Assembly (NCBI GenBank): GCA_964658305.1
Contig: OZ210885.1
Span: forward strand, 23,374,001-23,438,000
Reading direction: 5' to 3'
Source of the DNA: Leptogorgia sarmentosa
Lineage: Eukaryota
DNA length: 64,000 nt
In this document: one piece after another, positions 1 to 13,329 of the stretch
Numbering within the stretch: the first letter of the stretch is position 1
Layout of the letters: every line of letters starts with the position of its first letter
The notes under the pieces: model-generated
What the model saw: only the letters and a program-made list of their open reading frames with translations
What the model was told of the DNA's origin: nothing
Database searches by the model: none
Made by a program: the position numbers and the translations under genes

Positions 1-228
1 GCAGTTGAGTTTTTGGTTGGTCTAACAGTTGTACATTTGCACGGTTTTATGGTAAACCTTTAGAACAGTCTAATTTTGGACAAACTGTCGTACATAATTT
101 ATCACTTTGAAATTGTTGACAATTGATGTTTATTGGTGTTAATTAAATACTTGTTTAGTAGTTCGTGTGCGTAGAACTTTGAAATCTCATGTGACTCCGT
201 AGTGATGTAGACTGATGACAAAATAGAA

Positions 229-491
229 TTTTACAATTAAACGAGACTTACCCGGAAGTTGAAGTTTGATTGGAATTCTAGATTGTCATCAGTCAGGAAC
301 GAAGGAGTCACATGCCCATAAGTTATACCCACTCCACCCAAATTCCACGTTCCTGGGTATTTCTACATGCCCACTCACGATGAAGACTGATTGGTGAGAC
401 ACATGCGCATCTCATGTGACTCCTTCGTTCCTGACAATCTAGAATTCCAATCAAACTTCAACTTCCAGGTAAGTCTCGTTTAATTGTAAAA
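229..491. repeat. Inverted repeat / foldback (small MITE-like element)
   Basis: Arm 229-314 (ttttacaattaaacgagacttac...gaaggagtcacatg) is the near-perfect reverse complement of 413-491, with a ~100-bp spacer. Confidence 0.85.
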
Positions 492-746
492 GTTCACAGA
501 CTATGTTACAACCATCCATTAAAGATACTCAAAGATAGGTAAGTAGATATAACTAGATAATAGATATGAATGATTTCGTTTGTACCTGTTGCAAGATCGA
601 GGGAAAAATAGCTGCCTATTTCGTTAAAAGCGGCTTTACAATCTTTGTAAGACGTACCAGTATTCCCGTTGCTGTCAGTGTGATAAAACTCTGTGAAATA
701 TTCAACTTTGGGTATGTCCCATCGGCGTGGGCTCTCCCTATATATA

Positions 747-1332
747 CAGGGTGTCTTAAAAAAAAGGTAATCAAACTTTGGCATGCCATTATGCATTAAC
801 TACTGGGTGTATGAAGGTAATTTTTGCATGGTCATAAAGATCAGGGTCTCGGCTGTTGAATGATATGTTTTTTGTGTCATTATGAGCAAAGCAGAACGAA
901 TATGAGAGCGATTAAAATTGACGGTCAAAATTGCATATTTTCATCTCTGTGCCTAATTAAAGCAGTGCATAACAAAAGAAAAATGCAATTCATCACGAAT
1001 GTGTCATGGTAACCAAGATTTTATCAGGATTATTAATAATTATGCATAATCAGGTCGTTTGTTGAAGGGGAGGTCGTCATCTTCAAGTCCCAGAGGAAGT
1101 TTATTTTGAATAAGTTTAGCTGGAATTCTCAGGGGTGAAAATATGCGATTTCGACCAACGATTTTTAATAGACTCATATGTGCTCCCTTTTACTCAGAAT
1201 GGCACAAAAAACTTGTCGTTCAACAGCTAATAACTTGCTCTTTGTGGCCATATAAATATTACGTTCATTCACCCAGCAAATAGCACTCAATGGCGTGTCA
1301 AAGTTGGATTACCTTTTTTTTGAGACACCCTG
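747..1332. mobile_element. Tc1/mariner-type MITE
   Basis: TA|CAGGGTGTCTTAAAAAAAAGGTAATC...GATTACCTTTTTTTTGAGACACCCTG|TA; TA TSD, long imperfect TIRs, no transposase. Confidence 0.88.
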
Positions 1333-1475
1333 TACTGCATCGCGGGTAAAAAACAAAACGAAATATAGTGCTAGTGATTACGCCAGTAACTACATTCACC
1401 AAGCAAATCTCCAACAATTTATTTGAAGTTTGGTTTTCAACACGAAAGTTAAGAATGTATGCACACAATCATGTA

Positions 1476-2234
1476 CCGGGTGTCGGTTTGATTCGTAATA
1501 ACTTTTGAACGAGTGAAGCTATTAAACAAAAAAAACTCAACGTAGATAGAGAGGAGACTAACTTAGATTTTGATATATCACACTTGTATTTCACTTTGAC
1601 GTTGACTGAGATATTGTTCAAAATGAAGAGGATATTTCTGGATGTGTGTGAAATATGCAAAAAATGGCGTATCAAATTAACTGAACGTTATTCAAATAGT
1701 TTGTTTAGTTGGGGCAGGAATATTACCCCAACGACCCGGCCATCGTCTTCAAACTTCTGCTGCATTTCCACATCTTCCATGCTCTTGGCATGTTTAACAT
1801 AAACTCGGAATGAAACACAATCAAACCATAACTCCATGCATGCATAAGACATAATTATAACTCCCCTGGGACATCCAACATTTTGGGGAAAAATGTTTTA
1901 AGAAATGCTGTAATGTTAATTTGCATTCCTATATCACTTACAAACCTGAGTAATAATTTATAGAAATATAAGTCACCCCAATGTGTGTTCAAGTTGAGCA
2001 AAGCTTGATCAATTTTGATACCACGTTTTTGGTATATTTTCGACACATCCGAAAGTATGCTACCGATTTTGAACACGAATATCTTCGTGAATTTTTAACT
2101 AAAATACAAGTGCAATATATCAAAATCTAAGTTAGTCTTCCCTCTATCTACTGTGAGTTGTTTTTGTTTCATAGCTTCACTCGTTCAAAAGTTGTTATGC
2201 ATCAAATTGGAGTACTTTTTTTTGGGACACCCGG
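1476..2234. mobile_element. Tc1/mariner-type MITE
   Basis: TA|CCGGGTGTC...GACACCCGG|TA; about 115-135 bp of TIR (ttttgaacgagtgaagct...ttagattttgatatat mirrored at ~2100-2200); small deletion in the left TIR. Confidence 0.85.
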
Positions 2235-2810
2235 TATAAATATGCAACGGTCAGTCTTGTCTTTTCTTCTTCGCTTTTTCAATATATAATTTATAATCAT
2301 GAAAACTAAATATATAATCATGCACCTCTTTTATCCTTTTTAAGTGTTTTTAACACAATTAGCTTTTCGTCTTCATAGAATAATCTTCCGAAAGCAAAGT
2401 ACTCTATCGGCCTGTTTATACTGGAGACAGATAATTCGTCTCGACGAACTTAGAACTTTTTTTTAGTGCGTCTGTTAATTCGTCTGTGTATAAACGCAGA
2501 CAACAGACGAATTAAGCGTCCAGACGAACTTAACAGTTAGTTCGTCTCAGAAGACGAACTTAAGCTGTAAGTTCGTCCAGACGGATAATTCGTCCGCTAG
2601 TATAAACGAAATACAGACGAACTTAGTTGGACAATCTGAGACCATGTAACAAAATTCTGCAGTTTTTCTTGAACAACAGGCAGTTTTTCATGTAAGAGCA
2701 GATTTCTAGAGTTATTAAAGATAGCGGAGAAAAAAAGGGAAAGAGCTTGGACAGAAACAGAACTTTTCCATTTTGCGATCGTACTTGCGGATGAGAAACG
2801 TAATTTTGCA

Positions 2811-3613
2811 GTGAAATTAGACATGTTAGCCTTAAAAAAGACTGCAAATAATAATTTGTTCGAAGAAATCGTGGACGCGCTTCAAATGTGGATTCTAGAA
2901 TTGTTCAATAAGCTAGAGAATGAAGAGGGAATATCGAAGCGATATAAAGGCAAACGGGTACTTCCCCCTTTGAACATAACAGTAGCAAAACTTCGTGTAA
3001 AGTACAAATGGTTACGAAGTGAGTGGCGAAAGTATACTGATCGCGTGAGAAAGGGCAGTGGAAAAAAAACGATCAACGAACCAAAATGGTTCAGTATATT
3101 GAATCCAATTTTTGCAGACATGTTGGGAGACATCAGTGATGTTGCTTCTTCCTCCTCCTCTGTTTTTCACGAGCAATCAGATGCTTCTTCTTCTAATGAC
3201 GAAATAGATATATCTTCTTCATCAGTCAATGAAAATCTTGATTTATTGGAGGAAAATCAAAATGCACTAGACGAAAGTATAGATAGTTCATCAGGCAGTT
3301 TATGTGGCAACAAAAGAGATCAGACCTGATGGTTGCTATGGAGAAGGAACGCCAGTCTGCATTTCTCGATTTTCAAAGAGAACAAGCAGAACTTAATCGA
3401 AAGCATGAGTTAGAAATGATGAAAATGATGATGCACTTCAATACAAATCAACGTCAGCCTGTGGGTATGACAAATATGTTTGCCCAACAACCTGCCTATT
3501 ACAATGCATCCATGACACAACCATTATCAATGCAATATCAAACATCTCAGACAAGTGCTGATTCTCGGGCAAGTGATTTAATTGATCTAGATAATCATTG
3601 GCAATACAATTAG
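2811..3613 (+). pseudogene. Harbinger accessory Myb/SANT-like (trihelix) DNA-binding protein, frameshifted
   Basis: LRVKYKWLRSEWRKYTDRVRKGSG...PKWFSILNPIF, an acidic/Ser-rich linker, then a coiled-coil C-terminus (EKERQSAFLDFQREQAELNRKHELEMM) in a second frame (3302-3613). Confidence 0.75.
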
Positions 3614-4211
3614 AGCATTACATTTAAGTTTTTGTTTAAATTCATATTTTCAGTTTATATGTATAATTAACTGCAATTGTGATGCATGTAATTAAATGTG
3701 CAATCCAAGTATTACAAGTGATGTGCATGAGTCATATACATTCCAGATTTTAAAAGTGAATGTAATACTTAAAGTAAATATAATGCCATTATCACAGATT
3801 GCAAACTGTGAACTGTAAAGCCAACAAAACTGCACTTTATTGCATTAGTTTGCACATTTAGATGAGATGCATGCAATTATGTCAAAGACAAGCCTTAATA
3901 AAATGCATTGCATGTTTAAAACTTTAAAGCAAGTTTTAATAAGAGTTGTTTGAGTTACATGGTTAATATTGATAATATTTATTGCAATAAACAAAGATAT
4001 AAAACCTTTAAAGATTGAATTCCTGAGTTTGATTTGAAAAAAATATTACTTTGTTTCATGTCTGCCTGAAAATGTCAATTCAGTTCAATTTGTTTTTAAG
4101 CATTCTTTATGCAAACTAATTTTTAAGAATTGAATTCAACAATTGTATTTTACATGTTTTATAAACCTATCAATGAATTGTGCAGTATAGCCACTGTTCA
4201 TACTGGCCAAT

Positions 4212-4790
4212 TCATTCATTAGATTCATGAAGATTCCGGATTTTCCATAACCAATTTGTGATAGTTGCTTTCACTGTGCCTGGGTCATCTTGTTGTGGAG
4301 AATTACCTCGAACAAGATTGAGCTCATCAACTTTCAGTCTGCATCTGGGGTTACAGGGGTCTTTTTTTGGCAATACAGATATTATGCAGTAGAATACATG
4401 TCATAACAACAATTTGAATGTTTTCTAAATCACATTCAAGTTTATTGTATAAAATTCTCCAGCGACCCTTGAGCATTCCATATGCATGCTCTGTTACAAC
4501 TCTTAGCTGAAGACAATCTTGTATTAAAGTATCTTTCTAGAAGCACTTTGGTTCCCTCCTGGTAAGGTTTCAATAGCCATGGGCAACTGGGAAAAGCCAA
4601 ATTGTCCCAACTGTTAATGGAATTTCTCCATAAGGACTTAGATTCAAGCTTTGGTTGGGGAATATATTGCCCAAGCTTTGGTTGGGGGATATATTGCCAT
4701 TTTGAATCTCAGAGTAAACATGACAATTTTTCAAAAGTTGTGAGTCGTGCGTTGAGCCACGGGCCCCTACTGCCGCTCACATAAATCTCT
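4212..4790 (-). pseudogene. HARBI1-like (DDE_Tnp_4) transposase, C-terminal half, degraded
   Basis: Manual minus-strand translation: GSTHDSQLLKN, AFPSCPWLLKPY, RYFNTRLSS, VVTEHAYGMLKGRWRIL, TCILLHNICI. Confidence 0.85.
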
Positions 4791-4794
4791 TGGC

Positions 4795-5967
4795 GATCGA
4801 ATGGTCCAGCAATTCGACCTGCCGCTAATTCTTTAGAGATCTTTGCACTGATTATCTCAGGATTTTGTTGCGCAGAAATAAGATTAGTAGCGAAAAATGA
4901 AACACAATCTCCACTGAAGTGAAGAGGAAAACCAAATTGAAAGCCAGAAGACAAAACAGAGGTCAAAGCCGGATCATATCCACATAATAATGGGCCCAAT
5001 TGATCAATTTGAACTGGGGTTGGTAGAGCGTGATTTGGCAGCAGCGGGGGCGGCATGAGTGGTGGACTGTTGGGGACGAAAATTACACCATAATGCGGGG
5101 TGAAGGACACCACACTTGTAACATTGGTGTTTAAAATTACAACCCGAGCAGTCATTCCCTCGGTGAAATTTCCGACAAAAACCTTTGGGAACCAAGGGTC
5201 CGGCAGGAGACACATTGCTGCGCACCGGCGCTTGAGCCTTAGAAAAACGTGCAGTGTTAAAGTTCTGCATGTGAATCCAGAGTTCCCAATGCGTGGACCC
5301 CCAAGGGAAATCAGCCGGGTTAGAGCAGCGCAACATACGGAATTGGGTGTCATAAAAACGCCAATCCGCCCTGCGCGTTGCCAAATCACGCACGACTTCA
5401 CTGTAATTCATCAACGAGTATCACCTGCCCCAGAGCAAAATGCCAAAATCAATAAATTCGTGAGCCCAGATTTTTGCCTTAATTTTTGGGTTCACGTTAG
5501 CGTCGATTGGTACATCGACCGAGTCAAAGGTGGGCAAGGTTGGTTGTGATGGAGAGACTACAATAAAATTAGTCTCGCCCGTAACATTGTCGACAGCCGA
5601 AGCAACTGGCGTAGGTACAACAATATTACTACCTGAGTCTACTACAAGTACTTCCCTCAACTCCGTCGCGGCCGCTGCTTTGGATCTTGGCGGTGTGGGA
5701 TGAGGGGACCCAAAAACATGGATTGACGCCACGACAGCTTGGGAAACGGCGGAGACAAGAGACAATACGTTGGAGCATGTCGTCGTTGATGGCCGGTGAA
5801 GGACTTAGCGCTTCTGTTGCTGTGTGAGCCAAGGGAGCCAAAGGAGCTGCTGCCTCAGCGGATTCGGTCGGTACAACCGGTGGGTTTCTGCACCGAGAAG
5901 ATGGACGACGTGCGGTCGTTGGTTGTGCTCGTCGCTGAACTCTTGTGCTGGGGCGAGTAGCAGGCAT
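4795..5967 (-). pseudogene. DIRS/Ngaro gag plus N-terminus of RT ORF (frameshifted, truncated)
   Basis: ORF pieces 5629-6138, 5421-5765 (KIKAKIWAHEFIDFGILL), 5004-5414 and 4709-5401. Confidence 0.72.
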
Positions 5968-6632
5968 ACTGAAAGAAAAATGAATACGAGGCAGGGAAAA
6001 GTGGCACTGTAGGCCAGAAGATGGAAAATTACGGCTGAGGTGGGTATGTAAGACCACATTGCACAAAATTATAATAAAGGAATTTGGCGGGAAATACCTG
6101 CCAGGATTATAGAATTTAATGATAACTGACACCAACAAAATGTGTCAGATGTGAAACAACAGCAGAATAATCTTGGCATAGAGGTAATAAAAAGGTAGCC
6201 ACCAATGATTATTCACAGACACGCTGTAAAAAGTAATGTAAGGGCGATCTGAAAACAACATGCCGCACTATCCCACAATATATTGACATCAACTGTGGGC
6301 ATCTGAACAATAAGTTGCTCTATCCCACTTAGACCTGGATTTTTGCACGTACAGGGACAGCCGGTCATATATACTAACTACGAATAGGTGACTGATAAAA
6401 TTATATATAACCAGCGCCATTCATGAATGTCCTGACTGTTACGAAAAAACCCAATGTTGATGTCGCAACGTGGGCATCTGAAAACAGTCATGTTGATCTA
6501 GCCCATATGACATAAAACGTGGCACATATAAATTAGCGCACAGGCGTAAAGCCGATAATACAATACAATAAGTACCACAAAGAACGTGACGAAGCACACG
6601 TTCAAAGGATTAGGGCGAGTCGTATGAAAAAA

Positions 6633-7218
6633 CTACAACATAGCTAGGGCTTTTAAAATAGCCCCCCGATAGCTCCGGTACAAACAATATTCTCCCTGGG
6701 CGTTACAGTGCATGCCGTCTAAAGATAATAGGGAGCGATCGGAGCGATAAAATTCCTTGTGATCCCACAAGAAAAAACCACACTGGTCAGCAAGGACAAC
6801 CGATAGATATTGTCGCAAAATTGCGGCTTTGGCATTAAATTCACTGTGCTCGAGTTTGTGGAGTGTTACGGTTTATGACTTGACACACCCCAACAACGCG
6901 AACCTTATATTGATTGCGAAGAACTTGCACAAGGTTGTCAATTTTAGATCCCACTACCTCAGGGCGTAGAGTAGAAAGATCATTTGTTCCTACTTCGAGT
7001 ATAACAATATCTGGCTTATACTTAGAAACGCAAGAAAGATTGTACTTAATTAGTTTGTTGACGGTACGACCGCCCGTACCGTACAAAGAAACATGCCCCA
7101 ATTCAGGTATGTGAAAGTTTGGGGCAGCACGCGGATCAAAGCGCGCGTTTAAATCGTTCTTAAGACGACGCACAAACGAATGACCCAATATCAGAATATT
7201 CGGTACACACATTGACAT
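6633..7218 (-). pseudogene. SGNH/GDSL hydrolase ORF of the YR retroelement
   Basis: Block I ILILGHSFVRR, block II GTGGRT, block III PDIVILEVGTNDL, block V DGMHCN; disrupted near 6841. Confidence 0.82.
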
Positions 7219-7695
7219 TATATTATGAGCAATATAAGAACAGAAAATTGAAGTACCTTTCAGGAATGACTTGATAAAAATTCAATTGAAAAAACAGAAA
7301 CGACTTGATTAGCGAACCTTGCGCAGCCAAAGCCAAAAGCAGAATGAGCCCAATGTGAATTCTGCCTGATGTATAAAGCCACTCCTCTCCGTTTTCCCGC
7401 CATTACAAGCATGTGATCTACCACTTAAAGTTATCCACTAAAATATGTTGACTATTCAATTATCTATACTTAATTAACTAATTTATATCCCTTGAGGACA
7501 GGAAGCAATAAAATCCTTATTGGTATGCCAATAGTTCCTTTTTGTAAAGTATAAGATATAAGCTCAAGATATAAGCAATTCAATTTGCAACTGCATTTTT
7601 AAAATGTCCCAAAATTAGCTAAAAATTGTGTATTACCTATAAATTGACCACACACAAAGCATTAAAGTACACAAGAACCATAAATAACGTGTTTA

Positions 7696-8330
7696 TTATC
7701 GATAATGAAATAACAATTCGTTAGGAAAGTGATATCCTCCAGTACGAATGCGAAGTCTTGCATGTGTGACCATACTATCAAACGGCTGTTGGATTATCTC
7801 CTGGTCAATGCTGCAGCATTCAGCAACGATCACCTCACGAAGTTGTCTCGGGTTATTTGGTTGTTGATCATGCCTTAAATAACCCCACAAGAAAAAATCA
7901 CACACCATAAGACCTGGAGAGTGGGAGCCTAAGGAATCACACTCCCTGGAAATTGCCCATGAAGGTAATGCATCGTCGCGTAGCTGGTGTGACAAGGAGC
8001 CCCATCTTGCTGCCACCACATACAGACTTATCGATGTTGTGCTGGGGAAAATGTCTCTGTATCACATATCGGATGGTTCGGAAATATTCTCAGGTGTCCA
8101 AGTGTTTTTGAACAAACTGGGGTCCCAAGATAATCCCTGCCCTGTTTAAACCAACCCACACCATTATTTGATCAGGGCCGCGCAGGAATTCGACGTAATG
8201 ATCTGGTGGATGGCCATCACCTTGAGCTGCATATCGTCCTTTATTCAAATTGTAAAAAGTTCCTTCTCGCACAAACTTTCGAAAAGTTTTTATCACCGTA
8301 GGTTTACTCGGACAAAGACCATTTTTAGCA
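7696..8330 (-). pseudogene. Tc1/mariner transposase relic
   Basis: SHSPGLMVCDFFLWGYLR (cf. WPPRSPDLTPCDFFLWGYLK), IMVWVGL...IILGPQF, LRIRTGGYHF; TIRs not found. Confidence 0.75.
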
Positions 8331-8801
8331 CTATTTTTACATTTACCAAAACTCGTTCCAAATTTGATTTGGTCAGAATGCAGTTATTTTTGTACGTAAA
8401 TAAACATGTTATAGCTCAAAATTTAAGTTAGGCTTTTATGAATACAGCTACATTTATTTGAACGATGTAGCGCTTATGCTTGTTACGATATATGTACGGG
8501 CAACATGTACCGGTACCGTCCACTGTGTGGTGCGTCAGCGGAGATACAATATATTAACAACATTTACGATCATCTAGGGCTATTGATTTTAGACATTGTA
8601 CGCTAGTTAGATAAGAGATAATAAAGATCGAAACATGGTGTCAGGTGTGGGATCGTATACATGGTAGTCATCAAGGGGAGCAAGCGGGTCTTCGCTGTGC
8701 AAGAGATCAGTCCTCGCAATTTTGATAAATCTTCGGCGGCAAAAAATTGCCGCCGATGTTTCCAAGTTAGGCGGCAGTTCGGCAGCAATTTTTTGTAACT
8801 A

Positions 8802-9636
8802 CCGGGTGGCGCAAAAAAAAGTATAACTGTTTGATTACTTATAACTCAAAAACCATATGCGGTAGAACCCTAAATGTAGTTTCATTGCATCCAGCGATGT
8901 CTAACTTAAATTTTGGTATATTCGACAGGCATTTTCGTCCAAGATTGACTGAGATATGAGAGTTTAAACTTTTGCTAACAATTTTGAAACCTTCACAAAT
9001 TAGCTAAAAACGGCCTATTAAATATTAATACAGCATTAACAACATATAAAGAGATGTACTGTGTTCCGGATCGTGTAAAACAAACGTCTATTTGTTAGGA
9101 AATGCATGTCCCCAAGCACGAATGCAGCGTCTTGCCAACTCTTTGGTCCTTCATTAAACGAGGCATAATTATTACTTAGAAGCATACGAGGCGACATTCG
9201 CATTTTAGAATCAGCTTCCCTTTGGACGTTGGACCTCGAATTAAAATTTAGAAGAAAACTTTTAATCAACCTTGCCTTGTAGCTCAATTCTTGTGCTGCC
9301 AAACAGCAAACAAAAACGAGAAAGCATCTGTGTTACAAGGAAGATGAAATTTGCACTTCAACTATGTTTGTTAAAACACTGCTTATGATAAAATAGTGAC
9401 GCGGTTATAAAATCAGTTTAATAGGCCGTTTTTAGCTAATTTGTGAAGGTTTCAAAATTGTTAACAAAAGTTTAAACTCTCATATCTCAGTCAATCTTGG
9501 ACGAAAATGCCTGTCGAATATACCAAAATTTAACTTAGACATCGCTGGATGCAATGAAACTCCATTGAGGGTACTACCGCGTATGGTATTTGAGTTATAA
9601 GTAATCAAACAGTTATACTTTTTTTGCACCACCCGG
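8802..9636. mobile_element. Tc1/mariner-type MITE with ~220-bp TIRs
   Basis: TA|CCGGGTGGCGCAAAAAAAAGTATAAC...TTTTTGCACCACCCGG|TA; 8802-9022 mirrors 9417-9636 with few mismatches. Confidence 0.93.
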
Positions 9637-9953
9637 TATAAAATGACACTTTGACAGAGGACTGAATTATTATATAGTATTATCTTCACTCTGCTGAATA
9701 AAAATGTTTGATATTCGAGGAAGCATTATTTTACACACAATAACATTGAGAACAGCTATCAATCTTTTAGTTTTAACTTGGTTATACTACAGACGTTGTT
9801 CTAAAATTTCGTACATAGACAATAGCAACGTGAGGGTAAAAATGAATCCTGAAAGTAAACATTACTTATTAGATAACTTTAACTATTTTAATTTACAAAG
9901 ATTAGATAACTTTAACTATTTTAATACATGTACATATCATCGTCAGTTTCTGA

Positions 9954-11978
9954 TTATATGTCATCGTCAGTTTCTGATTTGCCTTCGCCTTCGGACTCAG
10001 ATTCAGAAAGTGGGATTAAATTGGGGTTGATCTCCTCGAAAGATATCCCTTCTCCTAACAATTCGTGGATTCGTTCAAGCGATGGAAGCGTCATGGGATT
10101 CCCATTGTTACCTTTCTTGCGTTTAGCGGGATACGCGTGGCCATCTACATGTCCACCTAGCTTTCGGACAGTACCATCTGGATATTCGGTCAAAAACAAA
10201 TCGATCGCGTGGTTGTATGATTCCAGCGAATAATCCTGCCTTGAGCTACGAATTGCAGGATTCGTTCCAAGGTCTCGTGGTTCAGGGACATTCACTTTTT
10301 TAACAGCTGTTTCCATAGATAGGAAAAGATGCGTTCACTTTCGGCGTTTGATAGTGGGATTGCGATACAAAGTTCTGCGATATGCAATATGTTTCTCAAT
10401 CCAAGTCCATGTTTAAGCTTGAACAACTGCAGCCAACATTGAGTGAAACAAAGAATGCGAATTCCCAGGGTTGGCAGCAGCGTCTCGTCGCGTACAGCGC
10501 TCTGGTACAATGTCAGCATTCTCTTCTTCCAGTGAAGCGATAATCTTGATCATGCAAGGGAAGAGTTCTTCATCCTTCAGTACATCACATTCACGTCGCT
10601 CATCAATATCATGTAGCAAAGAACGCATTCGATTAACATTATCAACAGTCATTTGGCAAGTTGTCAAAAACTGCGGTGATAACACGGTATCCTGTAAGAC
10701 CATGCTCATTGGGCGCAGTATAGCGAGAATGTCGAGTTTCACTGCATTAAAAATCAAGGATGTTGTGTTTGCCATGCTCTTTCTTATTCCTTGGAGAGTT
10801 GGAACAAGTTTCTTAATGGTGTCGTTGTGGGGTGCTCTTATTTGCTGGTCGCAAAACCCAATAAGAATAGGTAAGTTGTCAAGGTGGGAATCCAATGCAG
10901 CAACACGATGCTCTACCCATCTGGTCCCAGTAAGCCTCTTGAACCTTTTCAGAGAGATGCCCATGAAAAGACTCTGCCGTTTGAGAAGACGTCATCGTAA
11001 AGGGGACTTTTTGAAAAAATAATATACCTCTTTCTCAGTTGCGTTATTTAAGAGAGAGGATCCAAATGCATCATTGATGGCGAGCTCAAACTTGTGCGAA
11101 GGACAAAGCATGAGGAGATAATGATCCCCAAATTCCTCTACTAAAGGTTTGTAGACAGCGGGATTAACTGATGCACCATCACTACACATTCCGATCTCTT
11201 TATCTTTGCGTTCAAAGTTAAAGTTCATTTTGGAGAGCGAGTGTTCCATTGCTTCTTTTATGCCTTGCACATTACATTCCTCAGGCTCCTCTAAAGACAT
11301 GACATTAAATGTAGGTTGGCCCTCCACACACGTTTTTATGATGAACAGCTCCTTTTCGTCAACACATTTTGCGCTGCTGGCTCCATCAAACAGAACGCTG
11401 TAATAATTTAAAACATCATTGTTCAATGGCTCCGTTATATTAGTCATCTGCTGACTAATGCTGATATATTTCATGATTTCTGCACCAGCTTTGTCCATTA
11501 AGTAACTTGCACCAAGATCAACGTCGTGATACTTTTTTTCAAACGCAGCAAAATCTGCATACGTCTTAAATGATTTTGCATTTGAGCTAGTAAAATGGGC
11601 AAGTTGAAATTTTCTACCTAGCTGTTGACGTTGAGCCACATTAACTTTTTGGAGCATTGGTCGAAGCAATGTTTGCTTTGGAGTTCTGCTAGAGCTTGTT
11701 TGCATATCATCAGCGCTACTAGATTGAGCAGCTGCAGACATCAGCTCTTTCTCTTTAAGCCTGAGAGTTGCTTTCTTGTTGTTTTCAAACAGCAGATGCT
11801 TTGCAAAATTTGCTTTCTTTATGACATGCATGCCATTTACGTACGCGTTTGATTGCTCTAGGAATTTTTCCAACCCTTTGTATTTTTCAGACAACTGTTT
11901 GTTCATCTTCAGAGGAGTAAAACTCCCGACACGTTTTACAAAATATTTTCGTGACCTTGCCGTATTCATTTGCTTCAT
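9954..11978 (-). pseudogene. hAT-family (ZNF862-like) transposase, several frameshifts
   Basis: YYSVLFDGASS..VDEKELF, GMCSDGASVN, LCPSHKFELAIND, TGTRWVEHR, IPLSNAESERIFS (hATC dimerisation motif) across four ORFs. Confidence 0.85.
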
Positions 11979-12816
11979 GCCCCATACAGCTAAAGCCCCA
12001 GCTTTCCAGTTTTCAGCTTCACCATTTTCCTGTATTTAAAATTTTAAAACAACACCTAAAATTACAAATCGTGTTGTGACTGCATGTGGGTTATTCCAAA
12101 TGAAACGAAAATTTATAGAATGTTTCAGAAGCCGAACGAACAATTTGCAGAATGTGTATTAATACACCTGTTTATAAATATTTAAATTGCTTGTGCAGTT
12201 GTAAAATTCATTAATAATTCATGAAGAACATTGAAAAATAAGATATTCAATCAGTGTTTGTATACATGATATAAACGTATTGACAGTTCTGCGGAAGAAA
12301 AGCATAAAGCCATTGTAAAAAGTTTAAAAAAAGGTGTTAAAAACGTGATGATTTACCTTTAATTTTGTCGAAGCACATGGAACACATGGACCAACCCGCC
12401 GTTACACGTGGCCAGCGGTGTGTATGTTTTGATGGAACTTCAAGTTACATGAAGTATATGAGAACTACTTTCGATGTATTTTAAAATAAGCCATAAAAAT
12501 AAGTGTTCACAAAAAAATAGCTCACATTCCCAAATTATTTTCAGTGAAGTACTACCAAGAATTAAAATCATAATCGTATGTTCATACTTGAAAGAATTAA
12601 TCGAATTGAGAAGGCAGTGAAGCATCATCAGCGACAAAAAAAATTGCCGCCGAGAATTTAATCTTCTGCAGCATTATTGGCGGCAATTGCCTTTTGCTGC
12701 TGAGAATTGCGAGAGATGCTCTTCTTTGGCCCAGCATGAGCCAACAAGAAGTTCAGACAAGGCTTACGTTCAAGCGTAGAAAGGCTAAAAAACATTTCAA
12801 GCCAGGTTCAAATGAA

Positions 12817-12909
12817 CATATTTTGGCATTCTGCCGACTGATTTCTTTTGAAATCAGTTGTTTTTGAATTAATTTCTAAAGAAATCAGTCGGCAGAATGC
12901 CAAAATATG
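12817..12909. repeat. Short hairpin / inverted repeat
   Basis: catattttggcattctgccgactgatttcttt ... aaagaaatcagtcggcagaatgccaaaatatg; perfect arms of ~32 bp. Confidence 0.85.
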
Positions 12910-13329
12910 AATATGTACCCCCCAATTAACGTTCTAGCGACGGCCCTGGATTTGCCTTGGCAAAGTTGCCCCAAGATCATATTTGGTCGATGTTGATTGG
13001 CTCTGTATTTCGCAGAAATCAGAAATTCCTATGTAGCCCAAGGAATTTGGAAGCTGAAGCTCCACCGGAAAGCTTACCCTTGGCACAGTCATTGGTCGTA
13101 TTTGGTTCCCATGCAGCCATTGCAGCAACCTACTACCAGAGGAGCCACCTGTACTAGTCAGCCAGCCTACCAACTCCAGAAATAGCACAAACTGTAAGGA
13201 TAACAAGAAGCGGACGGATAAGCAAACCACCAGTGAGACTCAACCTTTAGGTTCAGGATATTCAATGAATTACTGTTAACATTTATTTACTTATATATAT
13301 ATATATATTTACTTATATTTATATATATA

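Larger units (their letters stand above)
2409..4790. mobile_element. PIF/Harbinger transposon, truncated on the right
   Basis: Left end GGCCTGTTTATACTGG followed by subterminal gacgaact/ttcgtc repeats (2430-2625); convergent Myb/SANT-like ORF and HARBI1-type DDE relic, the canonical two-gene layout. Confidence 0.82.
4795..7535 (-). mobile_element. Ngaro/DIRS-type tyrosine-recombinase retrotransposon fragment (SGNH hydrolase, gag, start of RT)
   Basis: Gag with WRFYDTQFR and C-x7-C-x2-C...H-x-C-x2-C-x3-H fingers; RT lead-in LPTPVQIDQL...GFQFGFPLHF...NLISAQQNPEII..KISKELAAGRIAGPF, cut off at ~4795. Right boundary approximate. Confidence 0.75.
8708..12718 (-). mobile_element. hAT transposon (ZNF862-like transposase) with a nested MITE
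   Basis: Imperfect TIRs CAGTCCTCGCAATT / AATTGCGAGAGATG; clusters of GGCGGCAA/TTGCCGCC subterminal repeats at both ends; TSD not recognisable. Confidence 0.65.

Noticed and set aside
375..405. Hammerhead-like cacgatgaagac in the foldback spacer
   Set aside because: No GAAA core and no convincing stems.
10471..11022. 183-aa plus-strand ORF (and similar ones such as 61557-62114 and 5100-5549)
   Set aside because: Antisense to recognisable TE ORFs, with no independent motifs.
12934..13230. Short overlapping ORFs
   Set aside because: No motif recognised in any frame.
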